From the NCBI RefSeq assembly GCF_963676685.1, contig NC_092351.1, positions 25,358,001 through 25,422,000 on the forward strand: 64,000 bases of DNA, given 5' to 3'. Below, in pieces: positions 39,801-54,800 of this stretch. Made by a program: the position numbers and the translations under genes. Origin of the DNA: Mytilus edulis (lineage: Eukaryota). The notes beneath the pieces were generated by a model that had not been told where the DNA came from, made no database searches, and saw only the letters and a list, made by a program, of their open reading frames with translations. Within the stretch, counting starts at the first letter, position 1; every line of letters starts with the position of its first letter.

Positions 39801-42800
39801 CCTTCCCCGAATATCAAATGGTCGTTCCCTTATTCATATAAACCTCAATTCAGTGTGAAACGAGAAATAAAATTGAGAATGGAAATGGGGAATGTGTCAA
39901 AGAGACAACCCCCCGCCCAAATAAAAAACAACAGCAGAGGGTCAATGTCTTCTTATGAGGAAAACAGATAACATGTACGTCAGGCGGGCGGACAGAAGGC
40001 TACCACAGGTGTCTGTTCATTTAGATGAAAACACATTGAAGGTTTTTTTTTCAAACCTTCAAAGTGTTTTCATGTAAATGAACGGATATGTAGTATCCTG
40101 TGACAAAATGAAGGTCAAGTTCAATTTTCATGATGTTATCTTTTCTCGTTGTTCAGTTATAGCCCTTTCCAAAGAATGCATTTTTTTGATGAATTAATCC
40201 ATTTCTGTACAAACGAAAATAACTCGTTCTTTAAAAGATCTTAAAAAGACATTGTATAAATCATAATTGACTTTTTGGAGACCGTGTTTATTCAATATTG
40301 GGTTAGTAGGGTTCCATATTAATTTAGGTTAGTAGGCGGGGCTTATTTCAATACACGGTTAATTAGTAGTGTTGTTATGTCCCTTAGGCTTTATACAATC
40401 GACACGGTTTTGAGTAAAAATCTTTTAGGTTTCAACAGACGATGAAACTGATAATTATAATTTCCAACGATTCGATAGTATAGTGGGAAATTACTGTAAT
40501 AACGGTACTAGTGAATACTATTGATACGGGTACTTCTTATGCACACGGTATATGTATATCACGTGATACTGATATTTAGCGGGAATGTTTTCCCTTGTTG
40601 GTCACTTCTAGCCAAGCATCAGACTGGACAACAGTGAAATATGACGGACCCCGGTTTAGATAATTCCGTAATGCAAGTTATTGTCCAAGAAGTACAAAAT
40701 GAAGTATCTGCTTCACAACAAGATACCCTTAACCAAATCACCGCTTTGATAGATAACAGGCTATCCACATTCCAGGGAAACATCCAGCAGTCTCAGCGAG
40801 ATATCAGTCAATCCCAGATGTCCAAGATATTGAGGAGACTTTATCGGAGAACTATACTTTCCAACGGAAGGGGAACGAAAATCAGTATAAGCACGAGGTT
40901 AAAGTCCTGACGAAGTTAACGGAAGCAAAAGCACAGTTAGACGGACCAGATTTATCCGTAGAATCCATTCATCAAGCTAGAGACAAGATTGTTGAAGGTA
41001 TGACAATTTTAAGAGACAGACAGAAACTCATTAAACTCACTGATTCATCCGAATTGGGTTGGAGAGTGGGGAAGGAGTACACAACTTATCCAATTGCCGA
41101 CGACTCCGAAGATGAAAAGAAGATGATAAGGGCGCAAAATAGAGCTGAACGTAGGAGCAAGTCAGATAAGATAAAAAAAAAAAGTCAACGAAGACGGTCA
41201 GGAAATTGCCCTATTCCACAAAAGAGAGAGATCCAACCCCTACTTGGAGAACAGGGATATGTTTTAATCGTGGAAACAAGCGCCATTGGGCGAATGATTG
41301 TCCTGAAAAGAAAGATAAGATAAGTATATTTAAAAATTTTGAATGTACTAATTTGTATTATAATATGAAAGAATGTTATATTGATCAAGCTGAAAATTCA
41401 TTCAGTGCAAATGTAAACAAACCAGAAGATAAACATACGACAGAAATTACTCAATCGAAACCAAGTGTCATTAGTGATAACTTTTAAATAGAAGTCGATA
41501 TACCTGTCATATATTTGAAAAATAACAGATCATCTTTAAACAATGCAGAATTTGTTGTTGAAGAGATTCACAAACTTCTTAAAAAAAAGGTGCATTTCTG
41601 AGGTTTATTCGAAACCAACTGTAGTAAATCCACTTACAGTAGCATTTAATAAAAATAAACCAATAGTAGTACTAGATTGTAGGCATTTGAATCCACATCT
41701 GTTTGAATTTAGGTACAAGTACGAGGATACCAAGATAGCAAGAGATCTCTTTCAAAAAGGATATTATTTATTTAGTTTCGATATTAGATCTGCTTATCAT
41801 CATTTGGAAATCTCAGATATACACAGAACTTTCTTAGGTTTTGTTTGGAATTTTGAAGGTAATACGAGATATTTTGTTTTCAATGTTCTTCCTTTCGGTA
41901 TATCAACTGTAGGGTACATATTTACAAAAGTACTTAGAGAAGTAGTTAAGCATTTACAATCAGAAGGCAAAAGGATAATAATGTTTCTAGACGATGGGTT
42001 GGGTGGAGATAGCAATTTTGAAAAATGCATAGAAAGCAGTCAAATAGTTAAATATAAAGTAGAAAATTTGGGATTTTTGTTCGCACATGAGAAGTGTTTT
42101 TGGTTACCAAGCCAGAGATTAAAATGGCTAGGGTATACTTGGGATACAAATATAGGTAAAATATTTGTTAATGGAGATAGAATTATGAGAACTGAAAAAA
42201 GATTAGATTTTTAATAGAAGAAACAAACGAAGGGGTAGACATTTTTTTATCTAGATTTTTATCTAGAATTGCAGGTCAGTTGATATCTATGCAGATACTC
42301 ATTGGTGACTAAGTTAGATTGAACACTAGATACCTTTATGATTGTATCATGGGTAGAGCAAGTTGGGATGCACCAGTCAGGATTTGCAAAAAAGCAATTA
42401 ATGAAATACATTTTTGGTCTATTTCATTGCAAAAGCTCAATGATGCTGGAGTCGACATTTGTAATGTCGATCAGCTCAGCTTAATATTGATAATATAGAA
42501 ATGTTTTGTGACGCCTCAGATGTAGGCTTTGGTGGTTATTTAACCTCAGATTTGAATGCAAAACTTTTTTGCAAGGAAATGTCCGGTAACTTTACAGAAC
42601 GAGAAAGGAACGAAAGTTCCACTTGGCGCGAATTAGAATGCGTCAATAGGTTTGTACAAACTTTTGATAATACATTTACTGACAAAACCGTCAAAAATTA
42701 TACAGACAATCAAAACGTACCTCACATATTGAGAGTAGGAAGTAAGAAACAGAAATTACAAGATATAGCTATTGACATTAAATAAACTTGTGTTGATAGC

Positions 42801-45800
42801 GATATAAACATAATTACACAATGGGTTCCGAGAGAGAACAACACACACGCAGACAAGCTCAGTAGACACACTGATCATGATGATTGGGCTATTCATTCTG
42901 AAATATTTGATGAAATCAATAGCTTATGGGGTCCATATACAATAGACAGATTCGCAACACACTATAATACACAGTGTTAACGATTTAACTCTAAAATATA
43001 GTATCCCGGTACGGAAGCAGTTGACGCATTTAGTCAAAACTGGAACACAGAAACAAATTAGTTAGTTCCACCACCATCACTCATTTCCATGGTCGTACGC
43101 AAAGTAGAAAACGACAAAGCTAACAGCACGCTTGTTATACCGGAATAGAAATCAGCTCCATTCTGGCCGTTGCTATTTGCATCTAACAATCTCACCAAAT
43201 TTATTAAAGGTACAAAGTTTTTACCAAAAGAATACTCAGTCGTTTAAGGTAGTGGTAAAAATGGCGAAATTGGTGAACATATTCTGAGATTTCATATATT
43301 AGCAATCAAACTAGAATTTTAATGTAATCAATATTGTTTGCAGGTTTAAGATTGGAACAAAACGTCCAGGCTGCCATAGACAACAGTTGTATATCCCCGG
43401 AAAACAAACTTAGGAGTTTAGCCAACAAGATGTCCAGCTTTATTGTGGGATCCAAAGCCGAAAATACCAGTAAAAAGTACTTTTATGGTTTCAAACGATG
43501 GAAAACTTTTATTAATGAACACAAAAAGTCAGAATTACTTGCTAACCCAGTTCATGTCGCACTTCATTTGACATATCTTTTTGAAAAAAACATAGTTCTC
43601 CCAGTGTAATAGACTCCGCTGTATATTCTATCAAATGGGCCCATGAGCTTACTGGCTTCAATGATCCTACTAACAATTTGTATGTTAAATCACTGACTGA
43701 ATCTGCAAAACGTTTGAACGGTAGACCAGTAGTAAAAAAGGATCCAATTAACAATACTATTCTTATTGATTTATGTTCATTGTACGAAAGTTCAGAAGAT
43801 TTATTGATAGTTCATGATTTGACCATGATTTGATAGGTTATTCAGGGTTTTTGCGTTACGATGAGCTTAGCTCTTTAAAATGTAAAGATATCACAGTTTT
43901 CGATGTTTATTTAGAGATACATATTTCACGTAGTAAAACTGATCAATACCGACAGGGTTATAAAATTTTGATTTAAAAGGTAGCACTTTAGGTTGTCCAT
44001 TCAATATGTACAATACATATATTCAGCTAGCTAGTCTAGATGAGAAATCTGAATTATTTGTTTTTAGACCTATATTTAGATCTAAGGGTATAGCAACATT
44101 GATACATCAGAATAAAAAGATGAGTTACACATCAGCTAAAGAAAATATTGTAAAAAAAATTAGAATTGTCGCCCCTAATCTTAATCTATGTTTACATTCT
44201 CTTCGTGCAGGCAGTGCTACCGCTGCTGCCCAGTCTGATGTGAACGAAAGGTTCATTAAGAGACACGGGAGGTGGAAGTTCGACACAAGTAAGGACGGGT
44301 ACATAGATGATACATTTGAAAAGAGAATGTCAGTTTCACAAACACTTGAGTTGTAAACTGAACTTTACCCGTCCTTTCTTTGTGGTTCTAGTATTGCTGG
44401 GCTATGGGCTATATAAAGAGTATTTTAGTATTTATTTATATGCCTAGAAATAGTATTTAGTAAAGTTGATACTTATAATTTCCTACGGTTCGATAGTATA
44501 GTGGGAAATTACTGTAATAACGGTACTAGTGCATTCTATTGATACTGGTACTTCTTATGTACACGTATATACATATCACGTGATACTGATATTTAGCAGG
44601 AATGTTTTCCCTTGTTGGTCACTTCTAGCCAAGCATCAGACTGGACAATTTTCAATTGAATTGTTATTCTAATTTGTATTTAGTAGGGATTAGATATTTT
44701 ACTAAACAGTTACTTGATTTATTACTTATTCCATATAGTATATTTAATTCAGTTATATACAGTCCAAGTGTAACTCTCGAGACCGTCTTCCGAGCATTTG
44801 GGTTTGGACACAGGTTTCCCACATTTTCCACTTTATTTAAAATGTAGTCTTTTGACTGCAGTTTGAATGGAGTTTGAACCGAGGTTACTCGTTTTTGTTG
44901 GTTTTTCCTGGCGGGAGGGATCGTTGGTGACAGAGCCCATATTTTTGAACACAATTTACTAGTTTTTCTATTGAATTCTTTAATGAAAGTTTTATTTATA
45001 GTGCATTGATACTTATGCTTCATGTATATTGTGTATATCTATTATATTTATATTAATAAAATATTGGGTCCACCAGTATTGCTGGGCTTTCGGCTATATA
45101 AAGAGTATTTTAGTATTTATTAATATGCCTAGAAATAGTATTTAGTAAAGTTGATACTCGGAGAGTTACAATGGAGATCAATGAATAACAATATTATTAT
45201 ATCCGGAATAAAACAGGAGCCAAATGAGGATACAGAGAACAACACTGATAGAGATTTTAGACTAAAAAAACTTGGAATCGGTGAAAATATCAATTTCGTT
45301 TCTGTTCATCGTTTTTTTAGAAAGCAAAGACAAAATATAAAAAAAATAATGACTAAGTTTGTATCTTTGAAAGATAAACAGTTAGTTATGAGGAACTATC
45401 ACAAATTAAAGGGGACAAATATTTCTGTCAGGAGCACAATTTCCTGTAAAAAATGAAAAGAAGAAGGAAAAACCTATATTCTGTGTCAAAGCAGGCAAAG
45501 AAAGGCCGAAAGAAAACATTATTGGTAAGAGATACACTTTTCATAGAAGGGGAATTATACGAACACAATGGTGACAGAGAACCAAAACATGCAGATTACA
45601 AAGAAACACCAAAATCTTGAAGCATATAGTTTATCTGATAAAAGTCCATTCATTACCAAACCCAGTGATTTTAACTCATTGAATCGTCCGATACCAAAAC
45701 AATGGAAAATGCTGAAGCAGAACAGAATTAATTCTGACGAACCTGATTCGTAAAGCCTGACCAATATAAAATTAATGTTAACTCTATTATTATTTATCTT

Positions 45801-48800
45801 GAAAATTTTATTCTACGTTTGTACTATCCTGAACTTATTTCATAAATACTGAAAAACTCTTTTTCACTCGTACTGATAAAAGGGTTGCGTTATTTTTTAT
45901 TTGTAAAATAATATTTATTGACCAATTTATTATTTTGTATACCACATTATGTTGCTCTAGTTGCACACAATATGTGCCTGGGTGTATTAAACTTGTCTTG
46001 ACTTGATAATAAACGATTGAAATAGATACAGTAAACACATTTAAAGCTAACAAGTTGTTATTGTTGGCATTTTTTTTATATGTATAGACCAATGGGAATA
46101 GATCATATTAATAATAACGGTATTGAAGACTTGATCCCTTTAATAGGCCACTAGTCTAAATACCACATGTTAAGGTACACGGTAAGATATATTCGTTACA
46201 TAGTGTGCTAGTGACCAAATACGATACATATGGTGTCCTAGTGTAATAATACGATATACATGATATATATTGGGTCAGTAAATTCCATATGAGGATTCGA
46301 GTTTCTTTGGCAGACTTTATAAAGCTTAAACAGTATCTGAGCGAAAAAGTTGATGAGCCAGGGATATGTCAAAAAAGAACTTTTCATAGTTTATTCTGTC
46401 AAGTCATGATACGGCATCTTCTTTTTTCTTATATATATCTGAGTAGCAGCCATATCATGTGCTGTTGGTATATAATATTGCTTCTAAGGTGGGGGATATT
46501 GATAATTTCATAATAAAAATTGTCTCGTTTGTCATAGATCCTGGACTAGTACTGAGATGACCGCTTATTTCAAATAAGAGGTATGAGTCTAAACATAAGG
46601 CAGTGGAAGCCGTGTCTATTGTTTTTTTTTAATTTCTAGTTCTTGTGGATATATTAATGGAACCAAATCAGAAAAGTTGGGATTGTTAATTTTAAAGAAC
46701 GTCATCACTTTATCTGAATGTGAATTTAAATGATCTGGCTTCTTTGATCTTCATGTTTTTGACAAGAGTATGAAGGAACCCCAACTCAACAGAACATACG
46801 AAGAGGTCGACAAGGAGAGCCACACCGTTTGTTCCCATATAGGAATGCCAAAAAAATAAACCAGGTGAGATCGTTTATTTGTTTGATGATGTTTCAGAGC
46901 ATTTTGTAAAATGATTTTTCCATATTTTTGAAAGATAATGTTTTTTGTTTTCTAGGTTAAGTGGGTTTGCCAGCAAACAACTTACAGAAGGAAATCCAAA
47001 TTTTACGGATTTGAGTGATAAAAACAGACCAACAAAGATTGCAGAAAACTTTCATGCCGTTTATGATGACGAATGGACAAACGCATTAGAAGTATTGTCT
47101 TCACCGAGGAAGGGAAAAATGATAGAAGATGAAGCAATCCACAAATTAATGAATCTTGTGAAGGTATGAACCAGTAATATTCTAGGTTACCTGAAGGTTG
47201 TATCAAATTGATAAAATGGTCAGATCATATTTGGAACTAAAATGGTCGCTATGGCAAAATAGAAGATTTACGAATATTACTCATGATACTATGGTGTATT
47301 TGATAAGCAGAATATTATTCTTGCATGAATTACGTTGAATGATTGCCTAGTATCCTTTTGCTATTTACACCACTGGGTCTATACCACTGTTGGTGGACGT
47401 TTCGTCCCCGAGGGTATCACCAGCCCAATAGTCAGCACTTTTGTGTTGGCATGAATATAATTTATATGATTATGTTTATAAATTCACTGTTTGAAAAAGT
47501 ATGAATTATTCGAAATATCTGTACTAAGTAATTTCTTATCCAAGGCACATATCACCTTAGTCGTTTTTGGCACAACTTATTGGAATTTTGGGTCCTCAAT
47601 GCTCTTCAACTTTATACTTGATTGGCTTTCCAAGTATTTTGATCTGAGCGTCACTGATGAGTCTTGTGTAGACGAAACGCGCGTCTAGCGTATCAAATTG
47701 TAAGCATGATACCTTTGATAAATATTCCTGATAATCCATTTGATTGTTTTGCTCCTAACTTCACCTAGTATAGAATAAAGGATATAAAGGAGGACCCAAT
47801 GATGAAAGAAAAATTGTATATCGAATACGCCAATTTTTGACTTTGGACTTCAAATTGTAGTGGTTTTGTTTTAAGAAGGGAAAGGTGCATTATCTTTAAT
47901 TTTGTCAATGTAAACAAGTGGTTCAAATCATAATATTACGGCTTCAATGAAATGATTTTAACACATGTTGGTGATGATGATGTATTTGTACATCTTACTT
48001 TACTCAACATTCTTGCTGCTTACAATTATCTCCATCTATGATTAATAAATAAAGGCAACAGTAGTATACCGCCGTTCAAACTTATAAATCCATGGACAAA
48101 AAAACAAAATCGGGGCAACAAACCAAAACCGAGGGAAGCGCATCAAATACAAGAGGAGAACAACGACACAACACCACAATGTAACACATATGAACTTGGC
48201 CCAGTAGTTTCAATGGAAAATGATAGTAAAAATTTACAAATTTTATGAAAATTTAAAAAAATTTCCTTAAAATTACCAATTCAGGGGCAGCAACCCAACA
48301 ACCGGTTGTCCGGTCCATCTGAAAATTTCAGGGCAGATAAATCTTGACCTGATAAACAATTTATCCTCGTCAGATTTTCTGTAAATGTTTTGGTTTTTGA
48401 GTTATAAGCCAAAAACTGCATTTTACCCCTATGTTCTATTTTTAGCCGTGGCGACCATCTTGGTTAGATGGCCTGGTCACCGGACACATTATTTTAACTA
48501 GATACCCCTAAGATGATTGTGGCCAAGTTTGGTTAAACTTGGTCCAGTAGTTTCAGAGGAGAAAATTTTTGTAAAAGTTAACGACGACGGACGACGGACG
48601 CAAAGTGATGAGATAAGCTCACTTGGCCCTTCGGGCTAGGTGAGCGAAAAATTATCCATTGTCAAGTAAAACACTCAATAATTATATTATAAATTTGCTT
48701 CGAAATGCTGTTGTAAGGTTTCTAATACGAAACTTTGTGATATTTACGTGATCATGATTTTTTACTGGGCAGAAAGTTGTCCATGCGAGTTCAATGCAAT

Positions 48801-51800
48801 CAAAAGTAATTTAAAGAAAAGGATTGCATGACTCCAAAATGGAACGACACCTGTTGCGTCGATATGATAAGCGTGTTCTGTCATGCATACATCACTTACC
48901 ACGCAAATCCAAACTCAGTCAAAATGTTACAATTGGGAAAAGGAAACACACGGTATTAATACAAATCACAAGACTTTTTTGGTGTCTACACATCTAAAAC
49001 CGCCAAAAATGTTGGTATTAAGTTGAGACACAGTCACATCGTTTCAACCAATTTGTGCTGTCGACCGTAACACCCACGTAGTGTCAATTTCAGTGGTTTT
49101 TCCTCTCAACTCTATTTCGAGTAATTTTCGGTTAGAAGCCTACTCCTGTAAGTGAAGTCCTTATAGTGTGTAAACATGAACGGACATAACATATTTATTG
49201 TGATATGCAAACGCCCTACAATTGTGGAAAGGTAATGTTACTGTTGATAAGATGGGAGATGACAGTTTAAGTTTTAATGTAGAGAATTTTTACCGTTTCA
49301 CTGGCTTCTCTTTAGACTGGTTTACGCCTGTTTAGCACTCATTTTGATAGGACCTAAAAATTGATAGTATTCAGTTTGTCAAAACTTAAGTATTAAAACA
49401 GAAGATCGCTCATGTCGAAAGTCTTCATTTCTCTTATATAATTACATAACAGGCTTAATTTTCCTTTGTTTTTACGACGGCTTAATAATTTTTAGTAGAA
49501 GAATTATGCCTATGTTCATAATCACTGGTGTCCGAATAACTATATATCCTGATTAATACAAAAATATCCACATACATCGCAAGTCAATATATTAAGTGAT
49601 GTAAAAATGTATAAACATTGTGTTTTATAAAGATCCGTTTTATCTTCAATCTATATATTTTTGTGTGTATTCCAAAACGCGGGTTGAAAGGGCAACACTA
49701 TGGCGTATTTGGTGTAGAATTTGGAGTGTTGGCTTTCGATATTGTCCTACAACTTATTCCTAGAGACTCAACGGGAATATATGTAAACAAATCATCGTAA
49801 TTTTGAACTTTAAAACCCCGGCATTTTGTTATTCCACCAAATCATCAAAGTTAGTTAAATTGTAACCATTCAAAAGGGAAATCGCTCGAATTTACATTCA
49901 TGTGAACATTTCTAGTTCTAACTCAAACCTTTTCTGTGGAATGACTTAATCATATCCTCAAATTTGGTTATTCTTAATTATCAGATGCAGTAATTCATTT
50001 GCGTGATAATTGAGAACACTCATCTTATATAAACGATGCATCTTTTGTAGGAGATATACAAGTTTTGTTGCAGTACCGCCACTGACCAGACCTTAAACAT
50101 CGCAATGAACATTTTAAAACCCTATGCAATTGATACAGTGAGTATTGCGTCTAATATTGCAATGTAGTATCCTTAATAAAAAAATTGTAAGGGTTCCGCG
50201 GAACCCAGTGTCTCGCCTACTTTTGCTGTAAATTGCAGGATCAACAAAAATGAGGGAAAAATCAATAAAAATATTCTGCTTGATACCATGTTTGGATTGT
50301 AGGAAGCTTCTGTCCAAGTTTGGTAAAAAATCCTGGATAGTTTATGAATCTAATAAATGTTTTAAAAACTTTAACTGCAGACTGGATGTAATGTTAACTG
50401 GAAGAAAAACAAAGTCCATTATAAGTAAAATACAGATACACAGGTACAAAATATTAACAAAATTTCCTTCTAGATACTAGCTTTTGATCATAAACAAGCT
50501 TCTGTCTTAGTTTGGTACAAATAAAAAATAGTATAAGAAAGGTCAAGAAAGTTATAAAAAATTTAAAAAATTTAACCACAGAGTGAATGTGTTGTTTCCT
50601 GGCAGAAAAAAAGTCCATTTAAAGTAAAATATGGAAAAAATGGATTTGTCATTTTACAAAATTTACTTCTGGATACTATCTTATGATCACAAACAAGCTT
50701 CTGTCCAATTTGGGTACAAACCAAGGATAGTTTAAGAAAGTTATTAAAATTTTAAAAACTACAACCACAGAGGGATGTAATGTTTTCCCGCAGAAAAACT
50801 AAGTGCATTTATAAGTAAAATACGGAAAAATTGGAATTTTATTTTCACAACATTTACTTCTGGATACTATCTTATGATCATAAATAAGCTTCTGTCCAAG
50901 TTTAGTAGAAATCCAGGATAGTTTAAGAAAGTTATATAAATTTTAAAAACTTTAACCACAGAGTGTATGTAATGTTTTCCCGCAGAAAAACTAAGTCCAT
51001 TTATAAGTAAAATACGGAAAAAATGGAATTTTATTTTCACAAAATTTACTTCTGGATACTATCTTATGATCATAAACAAGCTTATGTCCAAGTTTGGTAG
51101 AAATCCAGTATGGTTTAAGAAAGTTATTAAAATTTCAAAAACTTTAACCACAGAGTGAATATTTGTGGACGCCGCCGACGACGACGACGACGGAATGTAG
51201 GATCGCTTAGTCTCGCTTTTTCGACTAAAGTCGAAGGCTCGAAAAAAATGAAACACATATACAAGATTTTCAATTTCTTTTAATTCGTTTCTACCCTTTG
51301 CATATATTCACAAATGAGGTAAACGAATCTTGTATAGAAGAACTTCGTATACTTACAGATAGTAAATGCCATTTTTGTTTAAAAAGAAATTATGATCACA
51401 CATTTTGCTTGAAAATGCAATCTTTTAATTTTATTGATTCAAGTTCCGCAGTCAGAATACCCCCCTCCCCCCCCCCCCTTTGCTAAACCCGGCCCTCCAA
51501 CAAAAACAAACTGATTTGAGTAATGATAGATTTAGTACCAATACAGTGAACCTTGTTCAATTGTTTAGATTTATCTTAATGTGAACAGAGACTTTTATTT
51601 AATGAAAATGAAATTAGATTATTAGAATGAATGAACAATTAAGATATAAAATATGTTCTTTTTTTCTTTACCTTAAATGACAATATAGAACTTTATGCCA
51701 TGGAATATTTGTAGAATTTTTTTTTCTCGCAAATAGCCAAAAGATTTAAACAAAAACTTCTTTTTGCGTTTATGTCTAATGTATGATGACAAATAATTAC

Positions 51801-54800
51801 ACTCAACGGTGATATATCTAAATGGCAACCAATGTTGACCATATTTAAAATTGTCGCGTTTGTGAACTTCATTTAAATAAAAACAGACATAGAAATAGGC
51901 AGATGTGTTGTGAGTGCCAATGAGACAACTCTCCATCCAAATAACAAATTTTAAAAGTAAACCATTATAGGTCAATGTACGGCCTTCAACACGGAGCCTT
52001 GGCTGTAACCTAAATTTGTGAAAAACACATTATGAAACATGAAGATGTGTTTATGCGACCAGAACATAATGCTTTTTAGACTAACTTATATTTAAAGCGG
52101 TTCATAAAATGATTTTGAAACAAAGATATATAACTTTAGAATGTGTAAACTGCATTTTAAATTTGATTTGAAGTGTTAGTCATTCATGAATCTGGTGATT
52201 CTTCACTTCAACCATCAGTGTATAATAAAATACATCTGACCTAATATTATTTGGTAAAACATATTTAATGTGACAAAATTGCGAAAACATTCGCGGATTT
52301 TGATAGTATAGAGTATTGAATTAATTTATCGTTTAATTGATCCTAATCTGTTATTAAGATAATGCTTAAGTTAACTTTAAATATGTTCTTTATATAGGAT
52401 ATGGCACATAATTTTGTGTTTACAATATTGAACGTTATATTTAGCAGCAACCAGGTGGAAAAGACGATGGAAAAGTGTTCAGGCCTGGTTTAGAGCCTAA
52501 GATAAAGCTTTTGCGACGTGAATATTGTATGGAACCTATTGCAAACATCACAGAGGTTTGTGTCTACAATTACCATTTTGAGATAAGCACTTGGCGTTGA
52601 TGCATTTAATATATTGAAGGGTTAACTTGAAGTGAATCATTTAAGAGGCTAGATGAAGTCCACCTCCGGGTGCGGGATTTTTTCGCTGTGTTGAAGACTC
52701 TGGTGGTCTACGGCTGTTTTCTACTCTATGTTCGGGGGTTGTTGTCTCTTTGACATATTCACCATTTTCATTCTGAATTTTATGTAGTATCCAAATATAA
52801 AGTTGAACGGGATTTCATGAATTTTGAGTACTCTAAAGTTATTTAAATACAACGATCATAGATACCAGGATTAAATTTTGTAATCACGCCAGACGCGCGT
52901 TTCGTCTACAAAAGACTCATCAGTGACGCTCGAATCCTAAAAAGTTAAAAAGGCCAAATAAAGTACGAAGTTGAAAAGCATTGGGGACTAAAATTCCTAA
53001 AAGTTTTGCCAAATACAGCTAAGGTAATCTTTTCCTGTGGTAAAAAAACCTAAGTATTTCAATAATTCAAAAGTTTTGTAGACAGTTGATTAATCAAAAA
53101 TGCCTATATCAATGATACATAAATGCAACAGTAGTATACCGCTGTTCGAAACTCATAAATCGATAGAGAGAAAAAAAAAACAAATCCGGGTTACAAACTA
53201 AAACTGAGGGAAACGCATCAAATATAAGAGGAAAACAACGACCCAACAGAAACGCAACATTAAAATGTAACACACACAGAAACGAACTATAATATAACAA
53301 TGGCCATTTTTCTGACTTAGTTCAGGACGTTTTAAGAAAAAAATAATTCATGTCAGCACAAAAGTGCTGACTACTGAGCTGGTGATACCCTCGGGGGATT
53401 AAAACTACACCAGCAGTGTCATTGACCCAGTACTTGTAAATAAACTCATCATAGATACCAGGATTAAATTTTGTAATCACGTCTGACTCGCGTTTCGTCT
53501 ACAAAAGACTTATCAGTGACGCTCGAATCCAAAAAAGTTAAAAGGTCAAATAAAGTACGAAGTTGAAGAGCATTGAGGACCAAAATTCCTAAAAGTTTAG
53601 CCAAATACAGCCCAGGTCATCTATCGCTGAGGTAGAAAAACCTTCGTATTTCAAAAATTCAAAAGTTTGTAAACAGTTAATTTATAAATATGACTTTATC
53701 AATTTATAATTATATAATTTTTAATATATAATTCAGCTTAGGTTTTTTTCTGGTGAAAAGAGTAAATATTGAAAATGTGGTATTATTGCCAATAAAGCAA
53801 TTAAAAAAAAACCCAAGGAGAGTGGATAATTAATGGCATTGTACAATCTTGCATTTTACCTATTTGTTTTAAATGAGTTTTCAATCTTTAACGCAAAATA
53901 GAGTTTTTGATATTGAAAATGAGGTAGACATTCTGTATTTGTAACTTTTTATATGTATATCATCGATTTGAATTATTATCCGAATGATATTTGTTGTGTC
54001 TTATTTCAAGTCCCATATTTTGTTTTACTCACAAACGTAGACAGGCGCTTTTTTAGTAGAATATCGTCATACATTACTCCAATGATCTTAAAGAAAGTAT
54101 TCACAGACCTTCATTCACAGATTAACATTATATACCTCCTTTTTCTTTTTTTATTCAAATGATATATGGATTTCTTATATCAAAAAATAATTCGTAAACA
54201 CTATTAAGATCTATAAAGACACCAACTATTTGTTGTTTATATGACTGCAACGTACTGATCATCGACGTTGAGGTTAACCTTTTAATCGGGGCACATCGAA
54301 CTCAACAAACATTTTTACCATGCATGTTTTCAACAATATGCATGATGATGAGTCTCATTTAGTGTTTGAAAATCGATGAAAACAGGACGGGGTTGTGGTA
54401 ACGAGAATTATATGATATCCACAGTCATTTGTACTACATATATTCCATAAATTTCTACATACTCTCGATTTCGTTAGTCAAACTTTCGAACGAATCACCC
54501 CTCGTCTAAAAGCTTCCTCGATGTCACTGCTGGTAGAGTGTTTATTCCCCGAGGGTATCACTAGTCCAGTAGTCAGCACTTCTGTGTTGACATGAATAAT
54601 CATAGATATGGTCATAATTATAAATGTATTGTTTACAATACTTTGAATTTATGAAATACTAAGGCTTTTCTTCCGCAGGAATTAATTATCCTTGCTGTAT
54701 TTGGGAAACCATATATGAACTTTTGGTCCTCAATGCTTTTCAACTTCGTTCTTTATTTAGGCTTGTCAACTGTTTTTGATTTGAGCGTCACTGATCAGTC

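Larger units (their letters stand above)
40456..45158 (+). mobile_element. Full-length but degenerate tyrosine-recombinase retrotransposon (DIRS order, PAT/Ngaro-type split direct repeats) in gene C intron 3
   Basis: A1 40456-40631, B1 44390-44473, A2 44474-44648, B2 45075-45158; gag-like region with degenerate CCHC, RT (FLDD), RNase H (CDASD), methyltransferase-like domain, YR (HSLR..HGRW..GY). Confidence 0.92.
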
